Of a stretch of DNA of 64,000 nt, positions 18,115-29,029 are shown piece after piece. Under the pieces are notes generated by a model that saw only the letters and a list, made by a program, of their open reading frames with translations, ran no database searches and was not told where the DNA came from. This DNA is from an uncultured Gammaproteobacteria bacterium. GTDB taxonomy: Bacteria > Patescibacteriota > Microgenomatia > CAZETR01 > Amesbacteraceae. The stretch is taken from positions 524,470 to 588,469 of the forward strand of contig CAZFGX010000001.1 in assembly GCA_964518565.1 (NCBI GenBank), given 5' to 3'. The first letter of the stretch is position 1. Each line of letters begins with the position of its first letter. The translations under genes were made by a program, and so were the position numbers.

Positions 18115-18753
18115 CTATTTCTTCTCCATGACCACCACTGTCAATTCAGTCGGCAGCTTATCAGCACTAATCGAATACTTTGCCACAGGCACAATTTCAG
18201 TTTTTCCTATTTCCTTCAAAAAATCCTCTACTCCAGCCAGCGTCGCAGGCAAAACAATTCCTGCCTGATGATAATGCATAGGAATTACTACCCACGGATC
18301 AATCTGTTTTACTACTTCGACTGCAGTCTTTGCATCGATCGTATACACACCCCCGACAGGAATCAGCAATATATCCACGTTACCCATCTCATCTAATTGT
18401 GCTTGGGTCAATTTATGACCCAAATCCCCCAAATGTGCCACTCTCAAACCATCCATCTCTACTACATAAATTGTATTTGTTCCTCTCTCAGCTCCGTTCT
18501 GGTCATCGTGAAAGCTCGCCACTCCTACAATAGAAATTCCTTTTACTTCATACTCACCCGGACCATCGATCAAAAAACCAGCTTCTACATTCTTAATATC
18601 GTTGTGATCTGGGTGTCCGTGAGATACAGTCAAAATATCTGCTTGGATATCTTTGGGGTATTTACCAAAATCTCCTCCATATGGATCCATAGCCACTGCC
18701 CCAAGTTTTCCCTTGAGTCGAAATGACGCATGACCTAAATACACAATATCCAT
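18115..18753 (-). CDS. metallo-beta-lactamase-fold hydrolase (UPF0173-like)
   Basis: 'SHGHPDHN', 'VAHLGDLGH' and 'MHYHQ' match the MBL-fold hydrolase pattern. The internal Met 'MDIVYLGHASF' is the probable start. Confidence 0.65.
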   Translation of the reverse strand: MDIVYLGHASFRLKGKLGAVAMDPYGGDFGKYPKDIQADILTVSHGHPDHNDIKNVEAGFLIDGPGEYEVKGISIVGVASFHDDQNGAERGTNTIYVVEMDGLRVAHLGDLGHKLTQAQLDEMGNVDILLIPVGGVYTIDAKTAVEVVKQIDPWVVIPMHYHQAGIVLPATLAGVEDFLKEIGKTEIVPVAKYSISADKLPTELTVVVMEKK

Positions 18754-18822
18754 ACCAAGCCCCAGGATACCAGAGCCATGTTGACCTTGACAAGGGTAAG
18801 ACACATTGTTAATCTCCAAACC

Positions 18823-19290
18823 ATGGGAAAAGAAGTTGTCTTGGCCATTGCTATCGGATTTGCCGTAGGTATCGTGATTACATTTGGTATTTGGACCGCC
18901 AACAAAAGCTTAAAAAATCTTCCCACCGCCAACAATCCCACGCCCACTCTTACCGCTACTTCACCCAATCCTACTTCAAGTACTTCCATCTCACCAACTC
19001 CGGCCTCTAGCACTACCACCAACAGTTCTCTCACTATTGAAACTCCTGAAGACGAATTACTTACTGATAAATCCACTGTTACTGTTTCTGGCAAGACCGT
19101 CCCCGGCGCCCAAGTAGTTGTTCTCGCAGAAAAAAATGAATATATTGTCACGGCTGACCAAGCAGGTAAATATACAGCCGATGTTTCACTAGACGGTGGG
19201 TATAACACGATAACAGTTACATCCTATGACAAAACTGGCACATCTTCATCCCAATCAATTACTATAACGTTATCCACAGCAAAAATATGA
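18823..19290 (+). CDS. membrane-anchored Ser/Thr/Pro-rich surface protein
   Basis: N-terminal TM 'VVLAIAIGFAVGIVITFGIW', a T/S/P-rich linker, and a C-terminal Ig-like beta-rich region. Confidence 0.4.
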   Translation: MGKEVVLAIAIGFAVGIVITFGIWTANKSLKNLPTANNPTPTLTATSPNPTSSTSISPTPASSTTTNSSLTIETPEDELLTDKSTVTVSGKTVPGAQVVVLAEKNEYIVTADQAGKYTADVSLDGGYNTITVTSYDKTGTSSSQSITITLSTAKI

Positions 19291-19907
19291 CCAAATTAAC
19301 TAAATCATTACTATTAGTATTTGCTCTGTTTGCTCTACCTTCTGCAGTATTGGCTCAGACCGCTTCTCCTTCAGGCTCAATTCGTGACAATGTTAAACAA
19401 CAAGTCGAGGCTGAATTAGCTGATATTAAAAAAGGTGTCGCCAAAAAAGCCTTCGTAGGAACTATTACTACCAAAGATTCAAACATTTTCACCATAACCA
19501 CTTTAAAAAACCAAACTCGCACGGCAACTGTTAGTACTGATACCACTATAAAGCTAGCAAGCAATAAAGATGGTACCATCGCCGATGTAAAAGTAAACGA
19601 CTTTGGCATCTTTATGGGTGAAGTGGATAGTAAAAATACAATGACCATCAAACGATTGCTGATTTTACCCACACCACCGACTGACAAACGCCAAATCGTA
19701 TATGCTACCGTTACCAAAAGCCAGCCAAATTCTCTAACAGTCGAAACACTCAAAAAAGAATCACTCACCATAAAGATTACTTCAACCACCAAATATACTG
19801 GCACCACCAAATACGCAGATGTCAAAGTCGCCAGCAAAATTCTCCTCACCGCTAAGCCCGACAGCTCAAACACACTTTCAGCGACTCTGATTCATTTGAT
19901 AAACTAA
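19287..19907 (+). CDS. secreted T-rich beta-strand protein, unknown function
   Basis: Signal peptide 'LLLVFALFALPSAVLAQ' and alternating T/K-rich strands. Confidence 0.4.
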   Translation: MTKLTKSLLLVFALFALPSAVLAQTASPSGSIRDNVKQQVEAELADIKKGVAKKAFVGTITTKDSNIFTITTLKNQTRTATVSTDTTIKLASNKDGTIADVKVNDFGIFMGEVDSKNTMTIKRLLILPTPPTDKRQIVYATVTKSQPNSLTVETLKKESLTIKITSTTKYTGTTKYADVKVASKILLTAKPDSSNTLSATLIHLIN

Positions 19908-19911
19908 GACC

Positions 19912-20679
19912 GTGAGCGCAATTATCTCCGTCAAAAATCTGGTCAAATCGTACAAAGACTCTTCGACCAAGGCTGTTGATCAGATTTCTTTCTCTGTAAA
20001 ACCTGGCGAATTTTTTGCATTACTCGGTCCCAACGGTGCGGGCAAAACCACTACCATATCTATTTTGACCACTACACTGGCCAAAACCACTGGCGAAGTC
20101 AAAATCGCCGGTCTAGATATGGATACTCACAGTAGTCAAATCCGTAAAAATGTCGGCATTATTTTCCAAAACCCCAGTTTAGATCTCAATCTCACTGCCG
20201 AAGAAAATATTCGCTTTCATGCAGTCTTATATGGGTTGTATCAATACAAACCTTTTTATTCAATGATGTCCAATCAATACAAAAACCAGGTTCAAGAATT
20301 GGCCAATGTAATCGGTCTAACACCCACCGACTTGTCTAAACCAGTCAAAGCATTATCAGGCGGCATGAAACGCAAACTTGAAATCATTCGCAGCCTGATG
20401 CACAAACCTAAAGTCTTATTTTTGGACGAGCCGACCTCCGGTCTAGATCCCCTATCCCGAAAAAATCTTTGGGATTATTTAGACATGATCCGCAAACATG
20501 ATCAAACCACTATTTTTTTAACCACTCATTATCTTGAAGAGGCTGAAGGCACCGATACTGTCTGTATACTCAAGCAAGGCAAAATAGTCGCCCAAGGATC
20601 TCCTACGAAAATCAAAAAAGACTTCGCAGCCAAAAATAGTTCTCTAGAGCAAGCTTATCTAAAAATTATTCAAGAATGA
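19912..20679 (+). CDS. ABC transporter ATP-binding protein
   Basis: Walker A 'GPNGAGKTT', signature 'LSGGMKRKLE' and Walker B 'LFLDEPTSGLD'. GTG start. Confidence 0.85.
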   Translation: MSAIISVKNLVKSYKDSSTKAVDQISFSVKPGEFFALLGPNGAGKTTTISILTTTLAKTTGEVKIAGLDMDTHSSQIRKNVGIIFQNPSLDLNLTAEENIRFHAVLYGLYQYKPFYSMMSNQYKNQVQELANVIGLTPTDLSKPVKALSGGMKRKLEIIRSLMHKPKVLFLDEPTSGLDPLSRKNLWDYLDMIRKHDQTTIFLTTHYLEEAEGTDTVCILKQGKIVAQGSPTKIKKDFAAKNSSLEQAYLKIIQE

Positions 20680-21458
20680 AACACCAACTAAATGCCCTAC
20701 TCGCTATTGCTGCTCGCGATATCACCAAGTTTTTGCGTGATCGCCCCCGATTAATCATCACATTCGTGTTTCCATTTGTGTTTATAGGAATCCTCGGTGG
20801 TAGTCTACAGGCCAATCTAGGACAATACTTGGGCTACAACTTTCTCGTGTTCTCATTTATTGGTGTAATCGCTCAAACATTGTTTCAATCTACTGCTTCA
20901 GGGATAATTTCATTAGTTGCAGACAGAGAGTCGGATTTCTCACAAGAAATCTTTGTCTCACCCATTTCGCGCTACACGATCATCTTTGGCAAAATTTTAG
21001 GTGAATCGACTATCGCATTTGTCCAAACACTTGGCATAATTTTGTTTGGAATTGTCACAAAAATCCCTTTTGATTTATCCCGGGTTATCTCCCTCTTACC
21101 ATTTGCTTTCCTAATCTGTTTATTCGGTGGAGCCTTTGGCGTCATAGTCATGTCAAAGCTTTCTGGACAACGTACGGCCAACCAAATATTCCCATTTATC
21201 ATTTTCCCCCAATTTTTCCTCGCCGGTGTCTTTAATCCCATCACCAATCTCCCTCCACACCTATATATCCTCTCTCGTCTTGCCCCAATGACCTATGCTG
21301 TCGACCTACTTCGCAGTGTATATTACAACGGTCTCCCAGAATCCTCCAAAACCACGCTCTACCACCCACTAATAAACGTCCTAGTAATTCTAATCCTGTT
21401 TGTCATCATGCTCACCATTGGCACGTCTCTGTTTGTCCAAAACGAACGCAACCGCTAA
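20676..21458 (+). CDS. ABC-2-type exporter permease
   Basis: Six TM segments after an N-terminal 'ARDITKFLRDRPRL'. Overlaps the ATPase gene by 4 nt. Confidence 0.7.
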   Translation: MKHQLNALLAIAARDITKFLRDRPRLIITFVFPFVFIGILGGSLQANLGQYLGYNFLVFSFIGVIAQTLFQSTASGIISLVADRESDFSQEIFVSPISRYTIIFGKILGESTIAFVQTLGIILFGIVTKIPFDLSRVISLLPFAFLICLFGGAFGVIVMSKLSGQRTANQIFPFIIFPQFFLAGVFNPITNLPPHLYILSRLAPMTYAVDLLRSVYYNGLPESSKTTLYHPLINVLVILILFVIMLTIGTSLFVQNERNR

Positions 21459-21532
21459 ACTCCACACTATAGGTCAAAAATGGTATAATCTCCTTGTTCT
21501 TTGACATTCAAAAAAGTAGGTTTGGAGGTTAT

Positions 21533-22066
21533 ATGAAAATACAAGATTTTCGCTTGTTTACGATCCTTTTTTGCTTATTAGCCTGTTTCGGAGTTCTCAT
21601 ACTAACTGGACCACCACACATATTTCTATCCATTGGCTGTTTTGTTGGTGGATTTGGCCTATATCTAGGCAACATCAGAAAAAACCAGTCGACAATATCT
21701 CTCTGTACAATTGGTCTTACTTTGACAACCACGAGCTTGGTTTTGACTGAAATGCATCGGAATTTCTATCAAAACTCAGGAGTTATCACAATCCAGCTTT
21801 CAATCGCCAGAACGCTCATGTGTCCAATTGGGCTATTGGCCATATATGACTGTTTGGTCAAAACTCAAAAACAAAAACATGTAGGTTTGATCATTACTAG
21901 CTGCATGCTGGTTTGGTTTTGCCTACCAATCATCTTCATCAATCCACAGATCTTCGCCATCAGCCTGGCCACAATAGCAGTCCAAAACCTGCTACAAATT
22001 TTCGTTCTGTGGCTAATTTATTCCGACATGAGAGTGAAACACAAGGAGATGTATGAAAAACTTTAG
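21533..22066 (+). CDS. polytopic membrane protein (1 of 3 tandem, ~180-190 aa)
   Basis: GGAGG Shine-Dalgarno before ATG at 21533. About 5-6 hydrophobic helices. Confidence 0.4.
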   Translation: MKIQDFRLFTILFCLLACFGVLILTGPPHIFLSIGCFVGGFGLYLGNIRKNQSTISLCTIGLTLTTTSLVLTEMHRNFYQNSGVITIQLSIARTLMCPIGLLAIYDCLVKTQKQKHVGLIITSCMLVWFCLPIIFINPQIFAISLATIAVQNLLQIFVLWLIYSDMRVKHKEMYEKL

Positions 22067-22616
22067 ATTTTCTGGAGCCCGCGAAGCGTTTATTCTTCTC
22101 AGTCTCGTCGCTACCTTTATTTTATTAGTGAAAGCTGCCGTTGCAGCCGTAGAATCTCCTGCATATACGACAATAAACATTCTAATGATTTTTGTCGTTT
22201 TTTGCGCCATGAATTTAGGACCTCTTCCATGGCCATATCGCAAATATCAAAAAACCGTAGGCTATGTGATCTTTCTTTGCATTACTGTAGTTGTCCTAAT
22301 ACTCGAAGCCTGGATGAAAATCCAAAATCAGACATTGGGACTTGAATACATCATTATTTGTCGAGCCATATTGGCCCCGACAAGTTTACTGGTAATTCGT
22401 CAGCAAACATTTAGTCAAAAAAAACCAGTCTCGCCCTATCTTGTACCCACAATGGCGTTGCTGTTGTATGTGACCACATTGTTACCATCGCTTATTGGTT
22501 TGAGTGTCATAACCTCAAGCGACAGGTTAACAGATATGACGGTCTATGGCTTTATTGTTCAGGGATCGATTATCCTCATTTTCACTGGAGATTTAGTATT
22601 ACAAGATAAGGTGTAA
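22053..22616 (+). CDS. polytopic membrane protein (2 of 3 tandem)
   Basis: Overlaps the previous gene by 14 nt. Similar size and topology. Confidence 0.4.
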   Translation: MKNFRFSGAREAFILLSLVATFILLVKAAVAAVESPAYTTINILMIFVVFCAMNLGPLPWPYRKYQKTVGYVIFLCITVVVLILEAWMKIQNQTLGLEYIIICRAILAPTSLLVIRQQTFSQKKPVSPYLVPTMALLLYVTTLLPSLIGLSVITSSDRLTDMTVYGFIVQGSIILIFTGDLVLQDKV

Positions 22617-22618
22617 TT

Positions 22619-23191
22619 ATGATAATCAAAAACGTGAACCTACTCCTCTCCCAAATTGGCGCTCTGCTTATTTTTGTCACTGGCATAGTCGTCTACGTAA
22701 TGACTACTAGTCAAGAAGCTGCCATTTGTTTTTCGATCGCGACAGCCATTTGTGGCTTCGTCAATCTGCAAATCTACAAAACCAATCAAGCGCTCAGATC
22801 CCAGATAGATCTACAAGGTTATGAGCATCCAGCATTGACCGCCATGCTGTTATTTATCGCCTTTGTCTTTGCGTTCTTAGGAGTTCAAACTCAAAACAAA
22901 GACATAAGTCCATCATTACTCTCACTGCAAAATGCGTTTGTGCCAATTATCTGTATGGTTACAGATATGAATCTGCACAAACTCCATTACCTTCGTCAGT
23001 TTGAGTACATGTCATCTTTACCTATCCTACTAGCCTGTCTACCTCTGTGGATCTTTATCGTTCTCCTCACCGGAAATCTCGACTGGTCCGATCCGACACG
23101 TCTATGCCTATATGGCTACTGCATCGGCAGCATTCTAGTCGAAATTAGTTATTTGTTTCGGACTTCTACCCATTCGCGGGTAAAAAACTAA
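22619..23191 (+). CDS. polytopic membrane protein (3 of 3 tandem)
   Basis: Starts 3 nt after the previous stop. Similar size and topology. Confidence 0.4.
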   Translation: MIIKNVNLLLSQIGALLIFVTGIVVYVMTTSQEAAICFSIATAICGFVNLQIYKTNQALRSQIDLQGYEHPALTAMLLFIAFVFAFLGVQTQNKDISPSLLSLQNAFVPIICMVTDMNLHKLHYLRQFEYMSSLPILLACLPLWIFIVLLTGNLDWSDPTRLCLYGYCIGSILVEISYLFRTSTHSRVKN

Positions 23192-23211
23192 AACAAATGT
23201 CTTTACCCTCA

Positions 23212-23237
23212 GCCCCCTCTCACCAGGGGGCTTTTTT
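23212..23237 (+). terminator. rho-independent terminator
   Basis: Stem GCCCCCT/AGGGGGC with loop CTCACC, then T6. Confidence 0.7.
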
Positions 23238-23254
23238 ATGCCATAATACAGTCT

Positions 23255-24520
23255 ATGTCACTCTCAAATACTCCTCCAAAAGGCACCACTGACTGGCTAC
23301 CCGATGAGTATAAGATTCGCAAATATATTTTTGACACCTGGCGATCTTGTTGTACTTCTTTTGGCTATGAAGAATATCTCACGCCACTGGTCGAGTATGC
23401 CGATGTCTATAAAGCCAAATCTGGCGAAGATATCGCCAATACCGAATTGACTACATTTACAGATCGTGGCGGCCGCGAACTGGCCATCAGACCCGAAATG
23501 ACTCCATCCGTCACCCGCATGGTTACCAAAATCTACAACTCTGCCCCCAAACCATTACGCCTATTCTCGATTGCCAATTTTTATCGCAACGAAAATCCTC
23601 AGCGAGGTCGAAATCGTGAATTTTGGCAACTAAATTTTGACATCTTTGGCAGCTCTAGTCTCCAAGCAGATATTGAAATTTTACAATTATCTCTCGAAAT
23701 CATGCTCGCATTTCATCCTCCAGTCGGATCGTTCACTCTCAAACTCAATTCTCGACTGTTACTTGACAGCATTTTGCACGGCCTAGATATGCAAACCCAA
23801 ACTTCTACTTTACGCATACTCGATAAATATCACAAACTACCAATAGAAGAAATCATCAATCGCTTGGCTCACATCGGCCTTTCACCCGAAACTCGCCAAG
23901 TCTTACTAGATCTCATGCAAACCACCTCCTTAGAGCAATTAGTAGACCAATACCCCTCACTCAAAGAATCTGCTGGATTTGTGGAATTAAATACGATTAT
24001 CAATGCCCTATCTGAACGAGGCTATGCTGATTGGGTCAGCTTTTCTCCGACAGTACTTCGAGGATTCGACTACTACAATGGCATGGTCTTTGAAGTCTTT
24101 GACAATCACCCCGAAAACTCTCGTGCCATGTTCGGCGGTGGCAGATACAACGATTTGGCTAGTATTTTTGATACTCAATCATTTCCATCTGTTGGCTGTG
24201 CACCAGGTGACGAAACCACGCGATTATTTTTACAAACTTGGAATCTTCTACCCAATAGCAACAAACACTCACTCTACATACCCCTACTCAACGAACATCT
24301 ATCAAAACAAATTCAGTCCTTAGCCAACAATCTTCGAAAAACTCATACAATCAATATGGGGCTAGAAATACAATCTTTACCCAAAGCCCTCGAATATGCC
24401 AATAAACATCACCACAGCCATATCCTTATTTTTGGCAGCCAAGAAGCAACCGACAAAGTCTATATTATCAAAGACTTGAATTCCGGGTTGCAACAAAAAC
24501 ACCCATTACCGCATGTCTAA
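23255..24520 (+). CDS. hisS: histidyl-tRNA synthetase
   Basis: 'GTTDWLPDE', 'ELTTFTDRGGRELAIRPEMT' and 'FGGGRYN' are class II HisRS motifs. Confidence 0.9.
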   Translation: MSLSNTPPKGTTDWLPDEYKIRKYIFDTWRSCCTSFGYEEYLTPLVEYADVYKAKSGEDIANTELTTFTDRGGRELAIRPEMTPSVTRMVTKIYNSAPKPLRLFSIANFYRNENPQRGRNREFWQLNFDIFGSSSLQADIEILQLSLEIMLAFHPPVGSFTLKLNSRLLLDSILHGLDMQTQTSTLRILDKYHKLPIEEIINRLAHIGLSPETRQVLLDLMQTTSLEQLVDQYPSLKESAGFVELNTIINALSERGYADWVSFSPTVLRGFDYYNGMVFEVFDNHPENSRAMFGGGRYNDLASIFDTQSFPSVGCAPGDETTRLFLQTWNLLPNSNKHSLYIPLLNEHLSKQIQSLANNLRKTHTINMGLEIQSLPKALEYANKHHHSHILIFGSQEATDKVYIIKDLNSGLQQKHPLPHV

Positions 24521-25409
24521 ACGTGCCAAGGCCTACGGTCTGCTCACCATCACTGTTATCCTTTGGGGTATTTCTGGTCCCATTGCGAAATACGCTCTAG
24601 AGTCCTTTACTCCTCAGGCATTACTCACAGCTCGATTTGGATTAATTACATTAATTCTAGCTATCCTCCTAAAATTTCAACTAAAAATTCCACTTTTACC
24701 CAAAAAAAATAGACTTACATTTTGTCTCTCTATAAGTCTACTGGGATTCCTTGGTACGGTGGGTCAAATTGGACTTATTTATTGGGGACTCCAACACACA
24801 AGTTCAATAGAGGCGACATTATTGATTTCTACATCACCAATTCTAGTTGCCCTGATTAGCCATATATTAATAGGTGAACAAATTACCTCAAAAAAACTTC
24901 TAGGCATCTCTTTAGGCCTTTTGGGGACAGCAATTATCGTCTTAGGACCCCTCCTACGTGAACACAAATTTCTCACCGGATCAAACTTAGGCAACATGCT
25001 TATTCTAGGTGGCAATTTATGTTGGTCTTTTTACGCTGTCCTGTCCAAAAAACAGCTCAGAACCAAAATGAGCCCAATGCTTCTGACCTTCTGGATGTTC
25101 TTTATTGGCTTTTTAGGTATGGCATTTATCTCACTAATAACCCACACAAATTTACCTACCTTCACCCTACCTCGATTAGGTAGTATCGCCTTTTTGGCCA
25201 TAGGTCCAGGAATTATTGCCTATCTTTGCTATCAAACGGCTCTCAAATCGATTAGTCCCACCGATGCCGATGTCTTCAATTATCTAACTCCGATTGTTGC
25301 CACCCCACTTGGTTTCTTTTGGCTACACGAACCCATCACGTATGCCTTTATATTAGGCAGCGTCATCATTGCCCTGGGCGTCATCATTGCCGAATTCTCC
25401 CGTCGCTAG
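24513..25409 (+). CDS. EamA/DMT-family transporter
   Basis: Ten TM segments in two EamA-like halves. Overlaps the hisS stop. Confidence 0.7.
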   Translation: MSKRAKAYGLLTITVILWGISGPIAKYALESFTPQALLTARFGLITLILAILLKFQLKIPLLPKKNRLTFCLSISLLGFLGTVGQIGLIYWGLQHTSSIEATLLISTSPILVALISHILIGEQITSKKLLGISLGLLGTAIIVLGPLLREHKFLTGSNLGNMLILGGNLCWSFYAVLSKKQLRTKMSPMLLTFWMFFIGFLGMAFISLITHTNLPTFTLPRLGSIAFLAIGPGIIAYLCYQTALKSISPTDADVFNYLTPIVATPLGFFWLHEPITYAFILGSVIIALGVIIAEFSRR

Positions 25410-26276
25410 CGCCGCTAAAATATCATCCAAATCCCCTTCCATAATCATCTCTAGTTTGTGCCAGGATTTACCGATTCTGTGGTCAGTTACCCGATTTTGG
25501 GGGTAATTGTAGGTACGAATTTTTTCAGACCGCATACTACGACCAATTTTTGACCGAGAATCTTTGATTGCCAAGCGTTTTTGTTCTTCTTGCAGCTCCC
25601 ACAATTCTGCCCGCAACAAAGACAAGGCAATCTTGCGATTTTGTTCTTGAGATCTCTCCTGACGGCAAGAAATGACAATACCTGTTGGTTTGTGGGTCAA
25701 ACGAACAGCTGTAGAGACTTTGTTTACATTCTGGCCACCATGCCCACCACTCCGGCTAAATTCCCAGCCCAAGTCATCTTCTCGTATCTCCACTTGAGAT
25801 TCGGGAATTTCTGGCAAAACCACCACCGAAGCAGTTGAAGTATGTATTCGGCCCGCAGCTTCTGTCGCTGGCACTCTCTGAACTCGATGAACACCCGTCT
25901 CATATTGTAGTAGCGTATACACATCTCGTCCAGAAATCCGAATAATTCCTTCATCCACGATTTCAACTTTCCATTTCTTTTTTTCACAAAAACGCATGTA
26001 CATTCGCGCCAAATCGTCAGCCCAAATTTTTGCCTCGTCTCCTCCTACACCTTGACGAAATTCCAACATAATATGTCTAAAATCCTGCCCTGGTGCATCA
26101 GACTCTAAACTGGCTGTTCCAGATAAAGCAGACTGCAATGCCTGTTTTTGCTCTACCAACTTAAGCACTTCTTTTTCCGCCTCCTCACCCAGTTCAGAAA
26201 CCAATGCCTTCGCATGCTCAATTTCGCTCTCAATACGAGAAATTTCTTCCTCCAAGTATTTCTTGCTTTCGTCCAT
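25353..26276 (-). CDS. prfA: peptide chain release factor 1
   Basis: '[14 protein letters not shown]' (PxT tripeptide motif) and '[12 protein letters not shown]' (GGQ). Confidence 0.85.
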   Translation of the reverse strand: MDESKKYLEEEISRIESEIEHAKALVSELGEEAEKEVLKLVEQKQALQSALSGTASLESDAPGQDFRHIMLEFRQGVGGDEAKIWADDLARMYMRFCEKKKWKVEIVDEGIIRISGRDVYTLLQYETGVHRVQRVPATEAAGRIHTSTASVVVLPEIPESQVEIREDDLGWEFSRSGGHGGQNVNKVSTAVRLTHKPTGIVISCRQERSQEQNRKIALSLLRAELWELQEEQKRLAIKDSRSKIGRSMRSEKIRTYNYPQNRVTDHRIGKSWHKLEMIMEGDLDDILAALATGEFGNDDAQGNDDAA

Positions 26277-26597
26277 TTACGCAGACTTGACTCGATCCAT
26301 CATTTCCTTGAGACTCTTTGGCTTAGCCGCTTCTTCAGCTTCTTTTTGCTTTTGTTTCAATGCCTTAGCCTTGGATTTAGACATATAGGTCTTACCAGCA
26401 TGAGCTTGCTGCTTTTGTTGGAAGCGTTCTACTCGACCCATAGCATCGACAAAGCGTTGTTCACCAGTGAAAAAAGGATGGCATTTTGCACAAATATCTA
26501 CAGTGATTGTTTGCTTGGTCGAACCCACGGTAAATGTGTTTCCACAAGCACATGTTACAGTTGCATCATAATAGTGAGGGTGAATTGCTGCTTTCAT
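26277..26597 (-). CDS. rpmE: 50S ribosomal protein L31
   Basis: '[10 protein letters not shown]...[12 protein letters not shown]...[11 protein letters not shown]' is the L31 zinc ribbon. Confidence 0.85.
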   Translation of the reverse strand: MKAAIHPHYYDATVTCACGNTFTVGSTKQTITVDICAKCHPFFTGEQRFVDAMGRVERFQQKQQAHAGKTYMSKSKAKALKQKQKEAEEAAKPKSLKEMMDRVKSA

Positions 26598-26617
26598 ACG
26601 AGTGTATTATACCAAGG

Positions 26618-27757
26618 TTACTTCGCTTCTTCAAACGTTGCCCGTACAGTCTTCGTCTGTCCATCTCGCCAATACTCAACTTCTACCACATCACCCACCT
26701 TATGTCGACCGATTTCTGAAGCTAATTCAGCCTCATCAGAACCCAATTTTGTTCCACCTATTTTGGTCAGAATATCCCCTTCTTGTATTCCAGCTTTTTC
26801 AGCTGGAGAACCTTCAACGATTCGTTGAACATACGCTCCTTGGGGTACATCATTTAAGAGTGCTGTCTTTTGATCTATCATGCGGTATTGAACACCCAAA
26901 TATGGCCGGCTGAATTGACCAGTTTTATTAAAATTATCTATGGCCTCTTTAATAATATTGATTGGGATGGCAAAACCAATATTTTGCCCCTCAGCGGATA
27001 CCGCCGTATTTACCCCTATCACTTGACCTGCTGAATTGAGCAATGGACCACCAGAATTTCCCGGATTAATAGCTGCATCAGTTTGAATTACATCATCTAG
27101 TCGTTCCGCTCCCTCAAATGGGCTACCGGCTGTAATACCCCGCCCTAGTCCTGATACCACTCCCGTCGTCACTGTCTGACGAAACTCTCCCAATGCGGTT
27201 CCAATAGCCACTACAGATTGACCGACTTTTAACTTAGACGAATCTCCCATTTCAAGAGGTTTCAAATCTCTAGCATCCAGTTTCAAAATTGCTAAATCAT
27301 TCGTCGGATCACGATAAATTTTTTGCACATCATAGGTTTTATTATCAGCTGTCACTACTTTATAAGTAGCTTCAGTATCAGATACAACATGTTTATTGGT
27401 TACAATAAGTCCATCTGTGCTCAAAATAAACCCTGAACCAATGTCTTGCTCTAGATTTCGTTGAAATGGACTAAAAGAAAATGGTGATCGCAGCGTTTGT
27501 GTCTTTTTGATACTCACAGTAACCACCGATCCACTGACATGCTCCACCACATCAATAACCGCATTTTCTTCAGTCAAAATCTTTTGCCCAAAAACAGTAT
27601 TTTGGCCAGAAGCATGCGTTGTTCTGTCTGCGAGTTTGTCTAAAATAGGCAATCCCCACACCCGATCAGTCACCGCTCCACCAACAGCAGCCACAGCTAA
27701 TACAAATGCTACTGCTACACCGACAAAAAAACTCTTCACATTCATAAACCTCCACAT
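26618..27757 (-). CDS. HtrA/DegP-family serine protease with PDZ domain
   Basis: 'VTNKHVV', 'DLAILK' and 'GNSGGPLLN' form the catalytic triad context. A PDZ-like C-terminus follows an N-terminal TM. Confidence 0.85.
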   Translation of the reverse strand: MWRFMNVKSFFVGVAVAFVLAVAAVGGAVTDRVWGLPILDKLADRTTHASGQNTVFGQKILTEENAVIDVVEHVSGSVVTVSIKKTQTLRSPFSFSPFQRNLEQDIGSGFILSTDGLIVTNKHVVSDTEATYKVVTADNKTYDVQKIYRDPTNDLAILKLDARDLKPLEMGDSSKLKVGQSVVAIGTALGEFRQTVTTGVVSGLGRGITAGSPFEGAERLDDVIQTDAAINPGNSGGPLLNSAGQVIGVNTAVSAEGQNIGFAIPINIIKEAIDNFNKTGQFSRPYLGVQYRMIDQKTALLNDVPQGAYVQRIVEGSPAEKAGIQEGDILTKIGGTKLGSDEAELASEIGRHKVGDVVEVEYWRDGQTKTVRATFEEAK

Positions 27758-27771
27758 ACTACACCAGAAAA

Positions 27772-29001
27772 TTACAGCAATTCAAGAGCCTTGTTCAGCT
27801 GTTCGTCAGGATCAGTTTCCTTCTCTTGGCCTTTGACTATCGTGTCAGGTGTGACACCTTTGTGATCTATCCAATCACCCGATGGACGCAACCATTTTGC
27901 TACTGTTACATGGATTCCTGAACCATCAGCAAAATCTTCAGGTTGTTGCACGCTTCCCTTACCAAATGACTGCTCACCTAATACCTTTGCTCTCTTATGA
28001 TCCTGCAAAGCCCCCGACAAGATTTCTGCAGCCGATGCGCTCCCTTTATTTACTAGTACCACCACAGGCAAGTTCAAGATCCTACCATTACGCTTTACAT
28101 TATTTTCGATCTTTGACCCGTCACCATATTGCTGAGTCACCACGAGATCCCCAGGTGACAAAAATTCTCCTGCTATATATACAGCGCCTTCTAGATACCC
28201 GCCTGGATTATTTCTCAAATCCAAAACCACTCCCTTTGCATCCGAAGAAACAATCGATGCCACTGCCTCATTCCATTCATCTTGAGTACGATCTCCAAAT
28301 CTGGACAACTTCAACCAAGCGATTTTTTTACCCTTAGACGAGTCCTCAAAACTCAATGTCACACTTTTAACCACAATCGTATCTCGAACCAATGTCACAT
28401 CAAATGGTTTTTCCTGTCCTTCGCGACCGAGCGTCAAAGTCACTTCTGTCCCCTTTATACCCCGAATCAATTTCATTGCATCAAAAGTGGTCATACCGTT
28501 AGTTAGTTTTTCTACTTTATTTTTCTGATCCACAATTTTCAAAATTAGATCTCCTGCCTTTACCCCAGCCTTGGCCGCTGGACTGCCATCCAATGGAGAC
28601 ATGACAGCCAATCTCTGATCCTTGTAGCCTAATTGAATACCCACACCATCGAATGCTCCACCCAAATCCTCTTTCGTTTCTTTATTTTGGGTCACTGGCA
28701 AATACATGGTATATGGATCGCCAATCGACGCCACCATTCCCTCGATTGCTCCATCCACCATTTTTTTTGCATCCAGCTTACTCTTATCTACATACATAGC
28801 ATTCACCTTATCCCAGACCGTCCAAAACAAAGTAAAATCTACATTTGCCGCCGAAGAATTCATGGCAGGTCCCTGATTTTTGATCAATGCTGGCTTCCAG
28901 TTTTTGATACTCAGCGCCGTATTCCACTGCCCTAATCGATACCCTACCACACCCGATAAAATAACCGCCAAACCAAACAATAAACCTGTTCGAAATTTCA
29001 T
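27772..29001 (-). CDS. S41 C-terminal processing peptidase
   Basis: PDZ region followed by 'VVVLVNKGSASAAEILSGALQDHKRA' (S41 Ser/Lys dyad region). Confidence 0.8.
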   Translation of the reverse strand: MKFRTGLLFGLAVILSGVVGYRLGQWNTALSIKNWKPALIKNQGPAMNSSAANVDFTLFWTVWDKVNAMYVDKSKLDAKKMVDGAIEGMVASIGDPYTMYLPVTQNKETKEDLGGAFDGVGIQLGYKDQRLAVMSPLDGSPAAKAGVKAGDLILKIVDQKNKVEKLTNGMTTFDAMKLIRGIKGTEVTLTLGREGQEKPFDVTLVRDTIVVKSVTLSFEDSSKGKKIAWLKLSRFGDRTQDEWNEAVASIVSSDAKGVVLDLRNNPGGYLEGAVYIAGEFLSPGDLVVTQQYGDGSKIENNVKRNGRILNLPVVVLVNKGSASAAEILSGALQDHKRAKVLGEQSFGKGSVQQPEDFADGSGIHVTVAKWLRPSGDWIDHKGVTPDTIVKGQEKETDPDEQLNKALELL

Positions 29002-29029
29002 AACTTTACTATCCTATCACCCCAAAAGC

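Noticed and set aside
18735-19873. Minus-strand ORFs (157 aa and 172 aa) antisense to the Ser/Thr-rich surface-protein genes
   Set aside because: The plus-strand genes have signal peptides and Shine-Dalgarno sites. The minus ORFs are Val/Leu-rich mirror frames of the Thr-rich sequence.
26148-26828. 226-aa plus-strand ORF
   Set aside because: It is antisense to well-supported prfA, rpmE and htrA genes and has Leu/Phe/Ser-rich codon-shadow composition.
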